64,000 nucleotides of DNA from assembly GCA_041687695.1 (NCBI GenBank), contig JAWLBL010000024.1:1-64000 (forward strand), in the 5' to 3' direction. The notes beneath the pieces were generated by a model. The model saw only the letters and a list, made by a program, of their open reading frames with translations, was not told the DNA's origin and searched no databases. Within the stretch, counting starts at the first letter, position 1; each line of letters starts with the position of its first letter. Below, piece after piece: positions 18,264-27,148 of the stretch. The translations under genes were made by a program, and so were the position numbers. Source of the DNA: Myxococcota bacterium (GTDB taxonomy: Bacteria > Myxococcota_A > UBA9042 > PHBI01 > JAWLBL01).

Positions 18264-18941
18264 TCAGGTGCGGGTGACGAGGGCGACGAGGCCGGCCATG
18301 GCGGCGCGTTCGGCGGCGGGGTCGTAGGCGGCCGCGGCGGAGCGGTGGGTGAAGCCGTGGGTGGCGCCTGGGTGGACGGTGACGCGGGCGGCCGGGTGGT
18401 CGGCGAAGGCGGCGCGGATGGCGTCGACGGCGTGGGGCGGGACCACGGGGTCGACGGCGCCGAAGTGGAGGTCGGCGGGGACGCGGACGCGCGGGGCGAG
18501 GTCGAGGTGGGCCTCGATGCGGGTGGCGTGCCAGGTGGCGAGGGCGTCGGCCAGGCCGTCGGCGGCGGCGTGGAGGGCGAAGGGGCCGCCGAAGCAGACG
18601 CCGAGGACGACCAATGGCGTGCTCGGGGCCTGGTCGCGGGTCCAGGCGATGAGGGCCTGCAGGTCGCCGTAGGTCTGGGCGAAGTCGAGCTGGCGCAGGC
18701 GGCCCATGACGCGCGGCATGTCGGCGTAGTCGGCGGGGCCGGGGTCGGTGCGGGCGAAGGGGTCGAAGGTGGTGACGAGCGTGGCTCGCTCGGACAGTTC
18801 GGCCATCTGCTGGCGGACGTCGGGGGCGACGCCGAAGGCGGACGGGACGATGACGACGGCGGCGCCGGCGCCGGTCGCGCGGGCGACCGTGAGGGGGACG
18901 CGGTGGCCATCGGCGGTCAGGACGGGGTGGTCGAGCGACAT
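18264..18941 (-). CDS. Dienelactone hydrolase family protein
   Basis: GVCFGG, HFGAVDPVV and PGATHGF. Confidence 0.88.
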   Translation of the reverse strand: MSLDHPVLTADGHRVPLTVARATGAGAAVVIVPSAFGVAPDVRQQMAELSERATLVTTFDPFARTDPGPADYADMPRVMGRLRQLDFAQTYGDLQALIAWTRDQAPSTPLVVLGVCFGGPFALHAAADGLADALATWHATRIEAHLDLAPRVRVPADLHFGAVDPVVPPHAVDAIRAAFADHPAARVTVHPGATHGFTHRSAAAAYDPAAERAAMAGLVALVTRT

Positions 18942-19271
18942 CGGTGCCTCGGGTCGGGTGAGGGGTGGGGCGTTGGAGCGGGGCGGGCGGTCGTCGGCTG
19001 CTTCAGCGTTCGGCGGCGTCGGCGCAGGGCGCCGTGGCGAACGGGGCGGCCCACACGCCATGACAGTAGGAGGTGCGCGGGACGCCGTCGAGGGTGACCT
19101 GGTGGTAGCCGCGCCGCTCCATCGTGAAGGCGTCGGCGGTCTCGTCCGGTCCGGCAGCGCGGGGCGGAATGTGCGCGCGATGCCCGTGGAGCGGCGCTCT
19201 GCTACGCGCAGCCAGCTTCGTCGTGCAGGATGACGTCGCGAACCCTTCGCGAACCGACCGAGAGCATCGCC

Positions 19272-20546
19272 ATGCGTCCCATCGAACCCCGGCCGCTGGC
19301 CGGACCGACCGTCGTCCTCTCGTGGGTGGCCGCGCTCTGGCTCGGAGCGCTCGGCGGGACCGCGTGGGCGGCACCGCCCGAAGCCCCCCCGGAGCCCATC
19401 GCGAAGGAGGTGTCCCCGGCCCGGGGCGAGTGGCCGGGCTTTCGCGTCGAGGTCCCCGGGCGCGACTCCGAGGTCCGGGTCCGGGGGCTGGTCCAGGCCG
19501 ATGGCCTGTTCTTCATCGACGATGAGCGGGATCAGAGCGATAGGTTCGAGATCCGCCGCGCCCGTGTCGCGTTGCAGGGCAAGATCGGCAAGGTGTTCGG
19601 CTTTCGCGTCGAGCCGCAGTGGACGCCTGGGAACGTCGTCCTGCTGGACGCCTACGTCGACGTCCGGGTCTTCGACGCGCTCATCGTGCGCGCGGGGAAG
19701 CAGAAGACGCCGCTCGGCCTCGAGATGCTGCAGCCCGTGACGGCGCTGATCCTGCCGGAGCGGGGGCTCTCGACGGCCCTCGTGCCCCTGCGCGACATCG
19801 GCGTCCAGGTGCTCGGCGAGGTCGCCGGCGGCGTGTTCTCGTTCGCGGCCGGCGTAGGCTCCGGGGCCGCCGACCAGGTCCTGCCGGACGGCAACGTCGA
19901 CGACGCCTTCGACGCGTACGGCCGCGTCTTCGTCCAGCCGTTTCGCGCCTCCGAATCTCCCGCGCTGCGCGACCTCGGCGTCGGCGTGGCCGGCAGCTGG
20001 GGCCGTGAGACGGGCGGCGAGGCGGACGGTGGGCTCGGTCGATACCGCACCGGCGCGCGCGACACGTTCGCCCGGTTCGCCGACGACGTCGTCGCGGATG
20101 GGGACCGCTGGCGGCTGAACCCTCAGCTCTGGTGGTACTTCGGCGCCTTCGGGCTGATCGGCGAGTACGTGTACTCGGAGCAGGAGGTCCGGCGGGGCGC
20201 GGACGCCCGCGCTGTCGGTCACCACGCGTGGACGGCGGGCGCCTCGTACGTGATGACGCGGGAGCGCGCCTCCTACCGAGGTGTCACGCCGGCCCACACC
20301 GGGGGCGCGTTCGAGGTCGCCGCGCGCTTTGGCGAGCTGCATCTGGACGACGGCGCGATCGAGGCTGGGCTCTTCCGCGCGGGTGCCCCGGATGTCGTCC
20401 GCGCTTGGGGCGCGAGCTTGAACTACTGGGCGCACGCTGCGGTCCGCGCGCAGCTCGCGTTCGAGCAGACCCGCTTCGAGCGGCCCGGCGCCGCGTCGCG
20501 GTCCCCCGAAAACGCCCTGTACCTGCGCCTGCAGGCCGCTCCGTAG
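19272..20546 (+). CDS. Phosphate-selective porin OprO/OprP family
   Basis: Signal peptide, FEIRRAR, LLDAYVD, RDIGVQ and terminal LRLQ beta-strand. Confidence 0.8.
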   Translation: MRPIEPRPLAGPTVVLSWVAALWLGALGGTAWAAPPEAPPEPIAKEVSPARGEWPGFRVEVPGRDSEVRVRGLVQADGLFFIDDERDQSDRFEIRRARVALQGKIGKVFGFRVEPQWTPGNVVLLDAYVDVRVFDALIVRAGKQKTPLGLEMLQPVTALILPERGLSTALVPLRDIGVQVLGEVAGGVFSFAAGVGSGAADQVLPDGNVDDAFDAYGRVFVQPFRASESPALRDLGVGVAGSWGRETGGEADGGLGRYRTGARDTFARFADDVVADGDRWRLNPQLWWYFGAFGLIGEYVYSEQEVRRGADARAVGHHAWTAGASYVMTRERASYRGVTPAHTGGAFEVAARFGELHLDDGAIEAGLFRAGAPDVVRAWGASLNYWAHAAVRAQLAFEQTRFERPGAASRSPENALYLRLQAAP

Positions 20547-20552
20547 CGCGGG

Positions 20553-20588
20553 GCGCTCGGTCGGACGCCCGCTTTGCGGGCTCGGGTC
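20553..20588. repeat. 36-bp direct repeat of 25123-25158 (probable island boundary scar)
   Basis: GCGCTCGGTCGGACGCCCGCTT(T/C)GCGGGCTCGGGTC, 35/36 identical. Confidence 0.85.
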
Positions 20589-20699
20589 AGACAGAAGGGG
20601 GACGCCCTTCGCGGGCGGCAGCCGTCAATGACGGCACCTTGTAGAGGGACTGAGCTGCGTCGGTGTGGACGACGGCTGGTGCCGCGTGTCCGAGACGCG

Positions 20700-20913
20700 C
20701 GAGCGCCTCGCTGGGTGGGAGCACCCCGCTCTCGTTGTTGGCGTGCATCACCGTGACGAGCGCCGTGTCTAGCGTGAGCGCCTCCTACTTGCCCTCCACC
20801 GGACCGGCGAGATCGAAGACGAGGTCGAGCTCGAGCCGCTCGGTGTTCGCCCCGAGCGGCGTCGCTCGCCAGCCCGCGTATTGGCCGGGATCGAGGGTGG
20901 TGGGCTCGCTCAT
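20700..20913 (-). pseudogene. Truncated methyltransferase N-terminus (20785-20913) followed by a cysteine desulfurase-like fragment
   Basis: MSEPTTLDPGQYAGWRATPLGANTERLE...GPVEGK* then, in the same frame, TALVTVMHANNESGVL. Confidence 0.55.
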
Positions 20914-21530
20914 CCGGCGCCCCGCCGGCAGAGCGCATAGGCGAAGGCCTGCGACGCACCCCAGGGCGTGGTGTGCTCTTCGTCGGCCTGGTCGACGAGT
21001 TCGAAGCCAGGGCCAAGCGCGGCCGCGATGCCGCTGGATGCGTACCGGGTCACCGGCAGCCCGCTGCAGCGCTCGGGGCCGTTTGGGCCGAAGGTGGCGA
21101 TGATTGCGAATCCGCCCGGACGGACGGATCGACGCAGCGCCTCGATGTAGGCGTCCCGGCGCTCCGGTTCGGTGAGGAAGTGGAACACGGCGCGGTCATG
21201 CCAGAGGTCGACGGTGTCCTCGTCGAAGAGAGGCGTCGTGGCGTCTCCGACGACCCACTGGACCGAGCGCGCGGCATCGCCGAGGCGAGCTCGGGTGTGG
21301 GCGAGCGCCTCGGCCGAGATGTCCGCCACGGAGACGCGCTCGAAGCCTCGGGCCAGGAGGTCGTCCACGAGCGTCGACGCTCCGCCGCCGACATCGACCA
21401 CATGGGCGCGAGGGTCGAGCCCGCAGCTGTCGATCCAGGCGAGGGAACGCTCGAGGCGTGGCCGGTACCAGCTGACCGCGTCCGGCGACTTGCCGCGATA
21501 GACCTCATCCCAGTGCTCGCGCGTGCTCAT
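20910..21530 (-). CDS. Class I SAM-dependent methyltransferase
   Basis: HWDEVY...VSWY, DVGGGASTLVD, WHDRAVFHFL and GPERCSGLPV. Confidence 0.9.
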   Translation of the reverse strand: MSTREHWDEVYRGKSPDAVSWYRPRLERSLAWIDSCGLDPRAHVVDVGGGASTLVDDLLARGFERVSVADISAEALAHTRARLGDAARSVQWVVGDATTPLFDEDTVDLWHDRAVFHFLTEPERRDAYIEALRRSVRPGGFAIIATFGPNGPERCSGLPVTRYASSGIAAALGPGFELVDQADEEHTTPWGASQAFAYALCRRGAG

Positions 21531-21685
21531 GCGTGCTCCCAGCTCTGCATCCAGGGCTTCGCCAGGTAGCGATCCCAGCCGTCGCACATCACCGTGCTGA
21601 CCGGACCCGACAAGGGGAGGTCGCAGCCTACGGGCTCGAGACGAGCGAGCGGCGTGTCGCCGATACGGGCGAGGACGCTCTGCAT
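21527..21685 (-). pseudogene. Internally deleted cysteine synthase-like remnant
   Basis: 52-aa ORF joining N-terminal IGDTPLARL to C-terminal VSTVMCDGWDRYL; overlaps both neighbours. Confidence 0.6.
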
Positions 21686-22038
21686 CAGAACACGAGCGTG
21701 CGGTCGGCCCACTGCACCCAGTCGGTCAGCGCTTCGAGCGTGCTCCGCCGGGTGCTCGCGCTCAGCTCGTCGACGGTGATGCCGCGGGCGTCCATGCAGG
21801 TCCCGCACACGCCGATCTCGCCGCCGCCGCGGCCGGCCACCTTCAGCATCCGCTCGATGTTGTAGTAGCCGTTCGGGGTCTGCTGCCCGCGCTTGGTGCA
21901 GGCCGCCGCGTCGCCCATGAGGAACACCCGGATCTCCTCGCCGTCGCGCTTGGCGAGGGCTCCGGCCAGGCGCAGCCCGTCGTAGCTGCGCTCGGTGCCG
22001 TAGGGAGGATCGTTGAGGATGAAGAGGGTCTTGGCCAC
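21685..22038 (-). CDS. DsrE/DsrF-like (YchN) family protein
   Basis: ILNDPPYGTERSYDGLRLA, VFLMGDA and CGTCMDARG; GTG start. Confidence 0.88.
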   Translation of the reverse strand: MAKTLFILNDPPYGTERSYDGLRLAGALAKRDGEEIRVFLMGDAAACTKRGQQTPNGYYNIERMLKVAGRGGGEIGVCGTCMDARGITVDELSASTRRSTLEALTDWVQWADRTLVF

Positions 22039-22040
22039 GG

Positions 22041-23609
22041 TCAGGCTCCTCGTGAGGTGAGCGGACGCTGGGCCAGCCACGCCTGCGTGCCGCCGCACAG
22101 CGAGCGCACGGAGGCGAAGCCGAGCTCGCGCAGGAGCGCGGCGCCCTGCTCGGAGCGGCCGCCGCCTTTGCCGCAGGCGGTGACCAGCAGCGCGTCCGTG
22201 GACAGCTCGGCGGCTCGGTCGGCCAGCACGTCGAGGGGGATGTTCAGCGCGCCGTCCACGTGCGCCTCGGCGTACTCGTCGCGAGACCGCACGTCGATGA
22301 TGACCGCCCCCGGCAACCGCGCGAGCGCCTCGGGCTCGATGCAGCTCGCGCCCGCCTTCGCAGGCTCCGATGGCTCCTTGCGCCGCAGCGTCTCGCGCAT
22401 GCGCACGGCGACCACCACGCCCGACGCGAAGGTCAGCGCGGCGATGGTGAGCGTGGCGGCCGAGAGCCCGAAGGCGTCGGCCACCATGCCCGCCAGGAGC
22501 GCCCCGACGGCGTAGCCCATGTCTCGCCAAAGGCGATAGACGCCGACGGACGAGGCCCGCCAGCTCGGGTGGGCGACGTCGCCGATCGCCGCGAGCAGGG
22601 TCGGGTAGACCATCGCGGTCCCGAGCCCGAGCAGCACCGCGCCGGTCGCGAACACCGCGAAGCTCGAGCCCAGCGCGATGACCACGATGCCCGCCGCCTG
22701 CGTCCACATGCCGGCGACGATCAGCCCCTTGCGGCCGACGCGATCGGACCACGCCCCGGTCACGAGCTGGGCGAGCCCCCAGACGGCCGGGTAGATGGCC
22801 GCGAGCGTGCCGATCTCGGCGAGCGACACATTCGCGGCGGCGAACACGAGCGGGAACAGCCCCCAGGCCATGCCGTCGTTGAGGTTGTTGACCATGCCCG
22901 CCTGGCTCACCGACGACAGGTCGGGGTCGGTGAAGCTGGTGCGGGCGATGACCTCGCGCTGCGAGAGGGTGTCGTGCGCCGCCGTGCCCGCGAGCTTCGA
23001 CTCGTGGTCGACGTGGTGCAGCGTCTCCTTGACCGCGAAGACCGAGAGCAGCGTGCCGAGGGCCACGAAGCCGACGCCGAGGTAGAAGGGCTGGGGCCGC
23101 AGGCCGACCTCGGCCGCGATGAAGCCCGTCGCCAAGGCCGACAGCGCGACCGCGAAGTAGCCGGCGAACTCGTTGAGACCCATGGCCAGGCCGCGGTTCT
23201 TCGGGCCGGCGAGGTCGATCTTCATGATGACCGTCGTCGACCAGGTGAGCCCCTGGCTGACGCCGAGCAGCACGTTGGCCGCGAGGATCCAGGTCCATGA
23301 CGGCGCCCACATCAAGAGGAACGGCACCGGCGCGGCGACGAGCCAGCCGGCGACGAGGACGTGCTTGCGCCCGAAGCGATTGGACCACCGACCGGCGAAG
23401 TAGTTGGTCAGCGCCTTGGTGACGCCGAAGACGACGATGAACGAGAGGATCGCGGTGCGTGCGGCGAGCTGGAACTCGTCCTCGGCGATGGCGGGCAGGA
23501 TGCTGCGCTCCATGCCGACCACGGCGCCGACGAAGGCGTTGACGAGGACGAGCAACGAAAACTGAGCCCAGTTCTCGCGCAGACCGAGTTGGATGGCGGG
23601 CCTGCTCAT
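22041..23609 (-). CDS. MFS transporter with a C-terminal rhodanese domain
   Basis: Multiple hydrophobic TM segments and GLRENWAQF; C-terminal DVRS...HVDGA...CGKGGGRS. Confidence 0.88.
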   Translation of the reverse strand: MSRPAIQLGLRENWAQFSLLVLVNAFVGAVVGMERSILPAIAEDEFQLAARTAILSFIVVFGVTKALTNYFAGRWSNRFGRKHVLVAGWLVAAPVPFLLMWAPSWTWILAANVLLGVSQGLTWSTTVIMKIDLAGPKNRGLAMGLNEFAGYFAVALSALATGFIAAEVGLRPQPFYLGVGFVALGTLLSVFAVKETLHHVDHESKLAGTAAHDTLSQREVIARTSFTDPDLSSVSQAGMVNNLNDGMAWGLFPLVFAAANVSLAEIGTLAAIYPAVWGLAQLVTGAWSDRVGRKGLIVAGMWTQAAGIVVIALGSSFAVFATGAVLLGLGTAMVYPTLLAAIGDVAHPSWRASSVGVYRLWRDMGYAVGALLAGMVADAFGLSAATLTIAALTFASGVVVAVRMRETLRRKEPSEPAKAGASCIEPEALARLPGAVIIDVRSRDEYAEAHVDGALNIPLDVLADRAAELSTDALLVTACGKGGGRSEQGAALLRELGFASVRSLCGGTQAWLAQRPLTSRGA

Positions 23610-24268
23610 GTGAGGCCTCCTGCGGCATCGAGCGTGTGGACGGACACATCGCTGCGGCGCGCGTCGAAGCCGAGCTCGCGCAGCCGCCGGACGGCCTCGG
23701 CCGACAGCGTGCAGAACGGACCCCGGCAGTAGGCGACGATGGTTCGGTCCCGCGGGAGCTCGCCGAGCCGCGACTCCAGCAGCGGCAGCGGCACCGAGAG
23801 CGCGCCGGGCAGGTGCCCTTCGGCGAACTCTCGTTCGGGGCGCACGTCGAGCAGCGTCACGTCGCGGGCGTGCAGGCGCTCGAGCAGCGTGTCCCGGTCG
23901 AGCGGCTCGAGGCCAGCGGGGTCATCGAAGAACTCCCGGGTCAGCTTCTCGAGCCCTGCGATGTGCTGGGCCGCGACGTCCTGGAGGTGCACGAGCAGCT
24001 CGGCGACGTCGCTGCCGGCGAGCGAGTAGACGACGTGGAGGCCGTCGCGCTCGGTGGAGACGAGCTGGGCGCGCTTGAGCGCCTGCAGGTGGTGCGAGGT
24101 GTTCGCCACCGACTGATCGATCTCGCCGGCGAGCACCTCCACCGTCCGCGGCGCCTGGGCGAGCAGCTCCAAAATCTCGAGCCGCGCCGGGCTCGACAGC
24201 GCCTTTCCGACCTCGGCGAGGTGGGCGTAGGCGGCGTTCTTGAAGGTTCGGGACCTGGACTTCGACAC
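23606..24268 (-). CDS. ArsR/SmtB regulator with a rhodanese domain
   Basis: ALSSPARLEILELL, TSHHLQAL; DVRP...GHLPGA...YCRGPFC. Confidence 0.9.
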   Translation of the reverse strand: MSKSRSRTFKNAAYAHLAEVGKALSSPARLEILELLAQAPRTVEVLAGEIDQSVANTSHHLQALKRAQLVSTERDGLHVVYSLAGSDVAELLVHLQDVAAQHIAGLEKLTREFFDDPAGLEPLDRDTLLERLHARDVTLLDVRPEREFAEGHLPGALSVPLPLLESRLGELPRDRTIVAYCRGPFCTLSAEAVRRLRELGFDARRSDVSVHTLDAAGGLT

Positions 24269-24292
24269 GTTGACCTCGGCGACACGAAGTGC

Positions 24293-24308
24293 TCAAGTGA
24301 TTACTTGA
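24293..24308. promoter_or_regulatory. Palindromic operator upstream of the arsR-rhodanese gene
   Basis: TCAAGT-GATT-ACTTGA, about 25 bp upstream of the start codon. Confidence 0.6.
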
Positions 24309-24446
24309 ATACGGCCCATGACGGAGCAAGTCAAGGCGCGGACGCGACTCCGCAACGCCAGCGTGGGAGCGCGAGGGCCGACGAGAGCACCACGGCCGCT
24401 CGTCGCCGACGCTGCGTCGCGCGAAAGCACCGAAAAATCGGGCATG

Positions 24447-24567
24447 AAACGACGAGAGTCCCCGGGGTGACCGCCGAGGCTCTCTGTAGACCGCCCACCG
24501 TCGATGACTCGCGGTGGGGTAAGACGGCTCAAATGGGGCCTGGCTTGCCCGACGCATGAGTGCCCCG
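24447..24567. mobile_element. att-like junction: element right-end copy + GGCTC core + element left-end copy
   Basis: 24467-24530 matches 28897-28960 and 24531-24567 matches 25239-25275. Confidence 0.75.
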
Positions 24568-24693
24568 CGGGACTACAGCTGGCGCCGTGAACCCTTGGAA
24601 CCGCGAACTTCGCCGGCCGTCCGAGGGCCTGCGTCGACCCGTGGGGCGTGTCCGTCGTCATCGAAGCGGGCGGCTGCGACGAAACCGCCGAGG

Positions 24694-24995
24694 TCACCCG
24701 CGCAGCGCCGCGACCCACTCGCGGATCGTCGCGCAGGCTTCGTCGAGCGGGATGCGTGGGCCCCAGAACACCGGCGCGATCTTCGCCTAGGCCCGTGCGA
24801 CGCTAGCGCGCTTGTCCGGGTCGTCGAGCACCAGCGACGGGTCGTCGGCGCTCGGCAGGGCGGCGATGCCCTTGTCTGCGAACATGTCCTCGGCCAGGGC
24901 GAGGGTGGAGGTCTCGGTCGGGGGGAGCCGGTCGAGCGCCTGGATGATCCGGGCGGCGTCCTCGTAGTGACACACGAAGGCGTCCGCCTCGACCA
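24694..24995 (-). pseudogene. 5'-truncated gene remnant with an internal stop, probably an AbiEii-type nucleotidyltransferase C-terminus
   Basis: FVCHYEDAARII...ASVARA*AKIAPVFWGPRIPLDEACATIREW; cut by the repeat at 24997. Confidence 0.5.
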
Positions 24996-24996
24996 C

Positions 24997-25238
24997 GGCT
25001 CGGGTCGCTGGCCCGAGCCCGACATTCGGACCAGAAATGCAGGAAGGCCCACCCCCTGGTGGGGGCGGCCTTCCTGGTCTCTGGCTCCGGCGGTTGGACT
25101 CGAACCGACACCTGCCTCGCGTGCGCTCGGTCGGACGCCCGCTTCGCGGGCTCGGGTCGCTGGCCCGAGCCCGACATCCGGGCCAGAAATGCAAGAAGGC
25201 CACCCCCTGGCGGGGGCGGCCTTCTTGGTTTCTGGCTC
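24997..25238. repeat. Two ~90-bp direct repeats (24997-25088, 25149-25238), each with a terminator-like hairpin and ending in TGGCTC
   Basis: Direct comparison; GAAGGCC...GGCCTTC stem followed by a T-rich tract on the minus strand. Confidence 0.85.
25082..25106 (-). repeat. Duplicated 3' end of tRNA-Asn (att scar)
   Basis: TGGCTCCGGCGGTTGGACTCGAACC vs 28955-28979, 24/25 identical. Confidence 0.85.
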
Positions 25239-25471
25239 AAATAGGGCCTACCTTGCCGGACGCATGAGTGCCCCGTTGGTTTACAGGGCGGCCGCGTAAG
25301 TCGCTGGAATCACGCGACTCCATCTCGCCCGTCCGCGACGCCCGCCGGCGTGTGGCTCGTGCCCATCGCCGTCACTCCGGGAGGCTACGGCGAACCGCAG
25401 GGCCTGAACCCTCATGATGAACCACTTGCAAAAGGTTACGCGTCGCGTTACTTTTTGCGCGAGGTTCAGCG

Positions 25472-26266
25472 ATGGCGAGTCCCGGCACCCTACATGAGTG
25501 GATCGAGGCGCTCCCCGAGGAGGGGAGGTACGTCTTCGCGCGTCCGGACGTCGACGCGGTGACCGATGCCTCCGCCGCGGCCATCAAGATGACGCTCTAC
25601 CGGCTGAAGCAGAGCGGCGCCATCGTCACGCCGAGGCGAGACTTCTTCGTCGTGGTGCCGCGGGAGTACCGCGCGGCCGGCTGCCCGCCGGCGACCTGGT
25701 TCATCGACGACCTCATGCGTCACATGGGCCGGCGCTACTACGTCGGGCTGCTGACCGCGGCTGCGCTCCACGGGGCGGGGCATCAGCAGCCCATGGCCTT
25801 CCAGGTGATGGTGGACTCGGCCGAGCGCGACATCGAGGTGGGGCGCGTCCGCATCGACTTCCACATGAGCAGCGTCTTCGATGGCGCGGCAACGCAGCCC
25901 ATGCAGACCGAGACCGGCACGATGCAGGTCGCGACGCCCGAGACGACCGCCTTCGATCTCGTGCGCTTCCCAGCCGCGGCGGGGTACTGGAGCAACATCG
26001 CGACGGTCCTCGCCGAACTCGCGGAGAAGCTCGACCCCGAGGCGCTCGCCGCCGGCGCCGCGCGCATGGCGAGGACGGACGTGCAGCGCCTCGGCTGGCT
26101 CCTCGACTTCGTGGAGCAGCCGGACCTCGCGGGCGCCCTCGCCGCCACGGTTGAGGGTAAGCGCCTGCTGCCGACCCCGCTCACGGGGGCCCGCGAGTCG
26201 GCCGACGCCCCCCTCGACCCCCGCTGGCACGTGCTGGTCAACGACGACGTGGAGCCCGACCTGTGA
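25472..26266 (+). CDS. abiEi: Type IV TA antitoxin, AbiEi family
   Basis: YYVGLLTAAALHGAGHQ, ATPETTAFDL, QRLGWLL and WHVLVN. Confidence 0.88.
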   Translation: MASPGTLHEWIEALPEEGRYVFARPDVDAVTDASAAAIKMTLYRLKQSGAIVTPRRDFFVVVPREYRAAGCPPATWFIDDLMRHMGRRYYVGLLTAAALHGAGHQQPMAFQVMVDSAERDIEVGRVRIDFHMSSVFDGAATQPMQTETGTMQVATPETTAFDLVRFPAAAGYWSNIATVLAELAEKLDPEALAAGAARMARTDVQRLGWLLDFVEQPDLAGALAATVEGKRLLPTPLTGARESADAPLDPRWHVLVNDDVEPDL

Positions 26267-27087
26267 TCCCGAGAGCGAGCATCACCGCGTGGCGCAAGGC
26301 CGCGCCCTGGCCCGACAACACCCAGGTCGAGCAGGACCTCGTGCTCTCCCGCGCGCTCGTCGAGCTCTTCCGCCGCCCAGCGTTCGCAGAGGGCGCCGTG
26401 TTCCGCGGCGGCACCGCGCTGCACAAGCTCTTCTTCGAACCGCCCGGTCGCTACTCCGAAGACATCGATCTGGTGCAGCGCACGGCGGGGCCGATCGGCC
26501 CGCTCGTCGGCGAGATCCGCGCCGCGCTCGACCCCTGGCTCGGCACGCCCAAATGGAAGGCCGGTCAGGGCCGCTTCACCCTCTACTACCGCTTCGACAC
26601 GACCTTCACGCCCGTCGTGCAGATGCGCGTGAAGATCGAGATCAACACACGCGAGCACTTCGCCGTCCACGGCTACGCCACGGAGCGGGTGGAGGTCGCG
26701 AACCCCTGGTTCTCGGGGCACGCCGACGTGGCGACCTTCAGCCTGCCCGAGCTCCTCGGGACCAAGCTGCGCGCGCTCTACCAGCGCAAGAAGGGGCGCG
26801 ATCTCTTCGACCTCGACCTCGCGCTGGACCACCCCGCGTTCGACGGCGACCGTCTGCTCGCGGCCTTCGAACAGTACATGGCGTTCGGCGGCACGCCGGT
26901 GACCCGCGCGCAGTTCGAGGCGAACATGGCGGCGAAGCTCACCGACCCGGCGTTCCTCACCGACGTGCCCCCGCTCTTGAGGACGGGCCTCGAGCATGAC
27001 GCCGCCGCGGCATGGGCGCGCGTCCACGCGGCGCTCGTCAGCCGTCTCCCCGGCGATCCGTGGAAGGGGGACGGCGATGCGCGCTGA
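26263..27087 (+). CDS. abiEii: Nucleotidyltransferase toxin, AbiEii/AbiGii family
   Basis: QVEQDLVLSRAL, FRGGTALHK, RYSEDIDL and KLRALYQRKKGRDLFD; GTGA overlap. Confidence 0.92.
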   Translation: MIPRASITAWRKAAPWPDNTQVEQDLVLSRALVELFRRPAFAEGAVFRGGTALHKLFFEPPGRYSEDIDLVQRTAGPIGPLVGEIRAALDPWLGTPKWKAGQGRFTLYYRFDTTFTPVVQMRVKIEINTREHFAVHGYATERVEVANPWFSGHADVATFSLPELLGTKLRALYQRKKGRDLFDLDLALDHPAFDGDRLLAAFEQYMAFGGTPVTRAQFEANMAAKLTDPAFLTDVPPLLRTGLEHDAAAAWARVHAALVSRLPGDPWKGDGDAR

Positions 27088-27148
27088 CGTGCGAGCCGGC
27101 CGCCTTCGCCGGCGTCCCTTCATCATCCGCTGACGCGCGAGGTCGACG

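Noticed and set aside
25082..25106. Second tRNA gene
   Set aside because: Only the 3' 25 nt are present, with no anticodon or D arm
24997..25238. CRISPR array
   Set aside because: Only two long repeats, no regular spacers and no cas genes; explained as att/terminator scars
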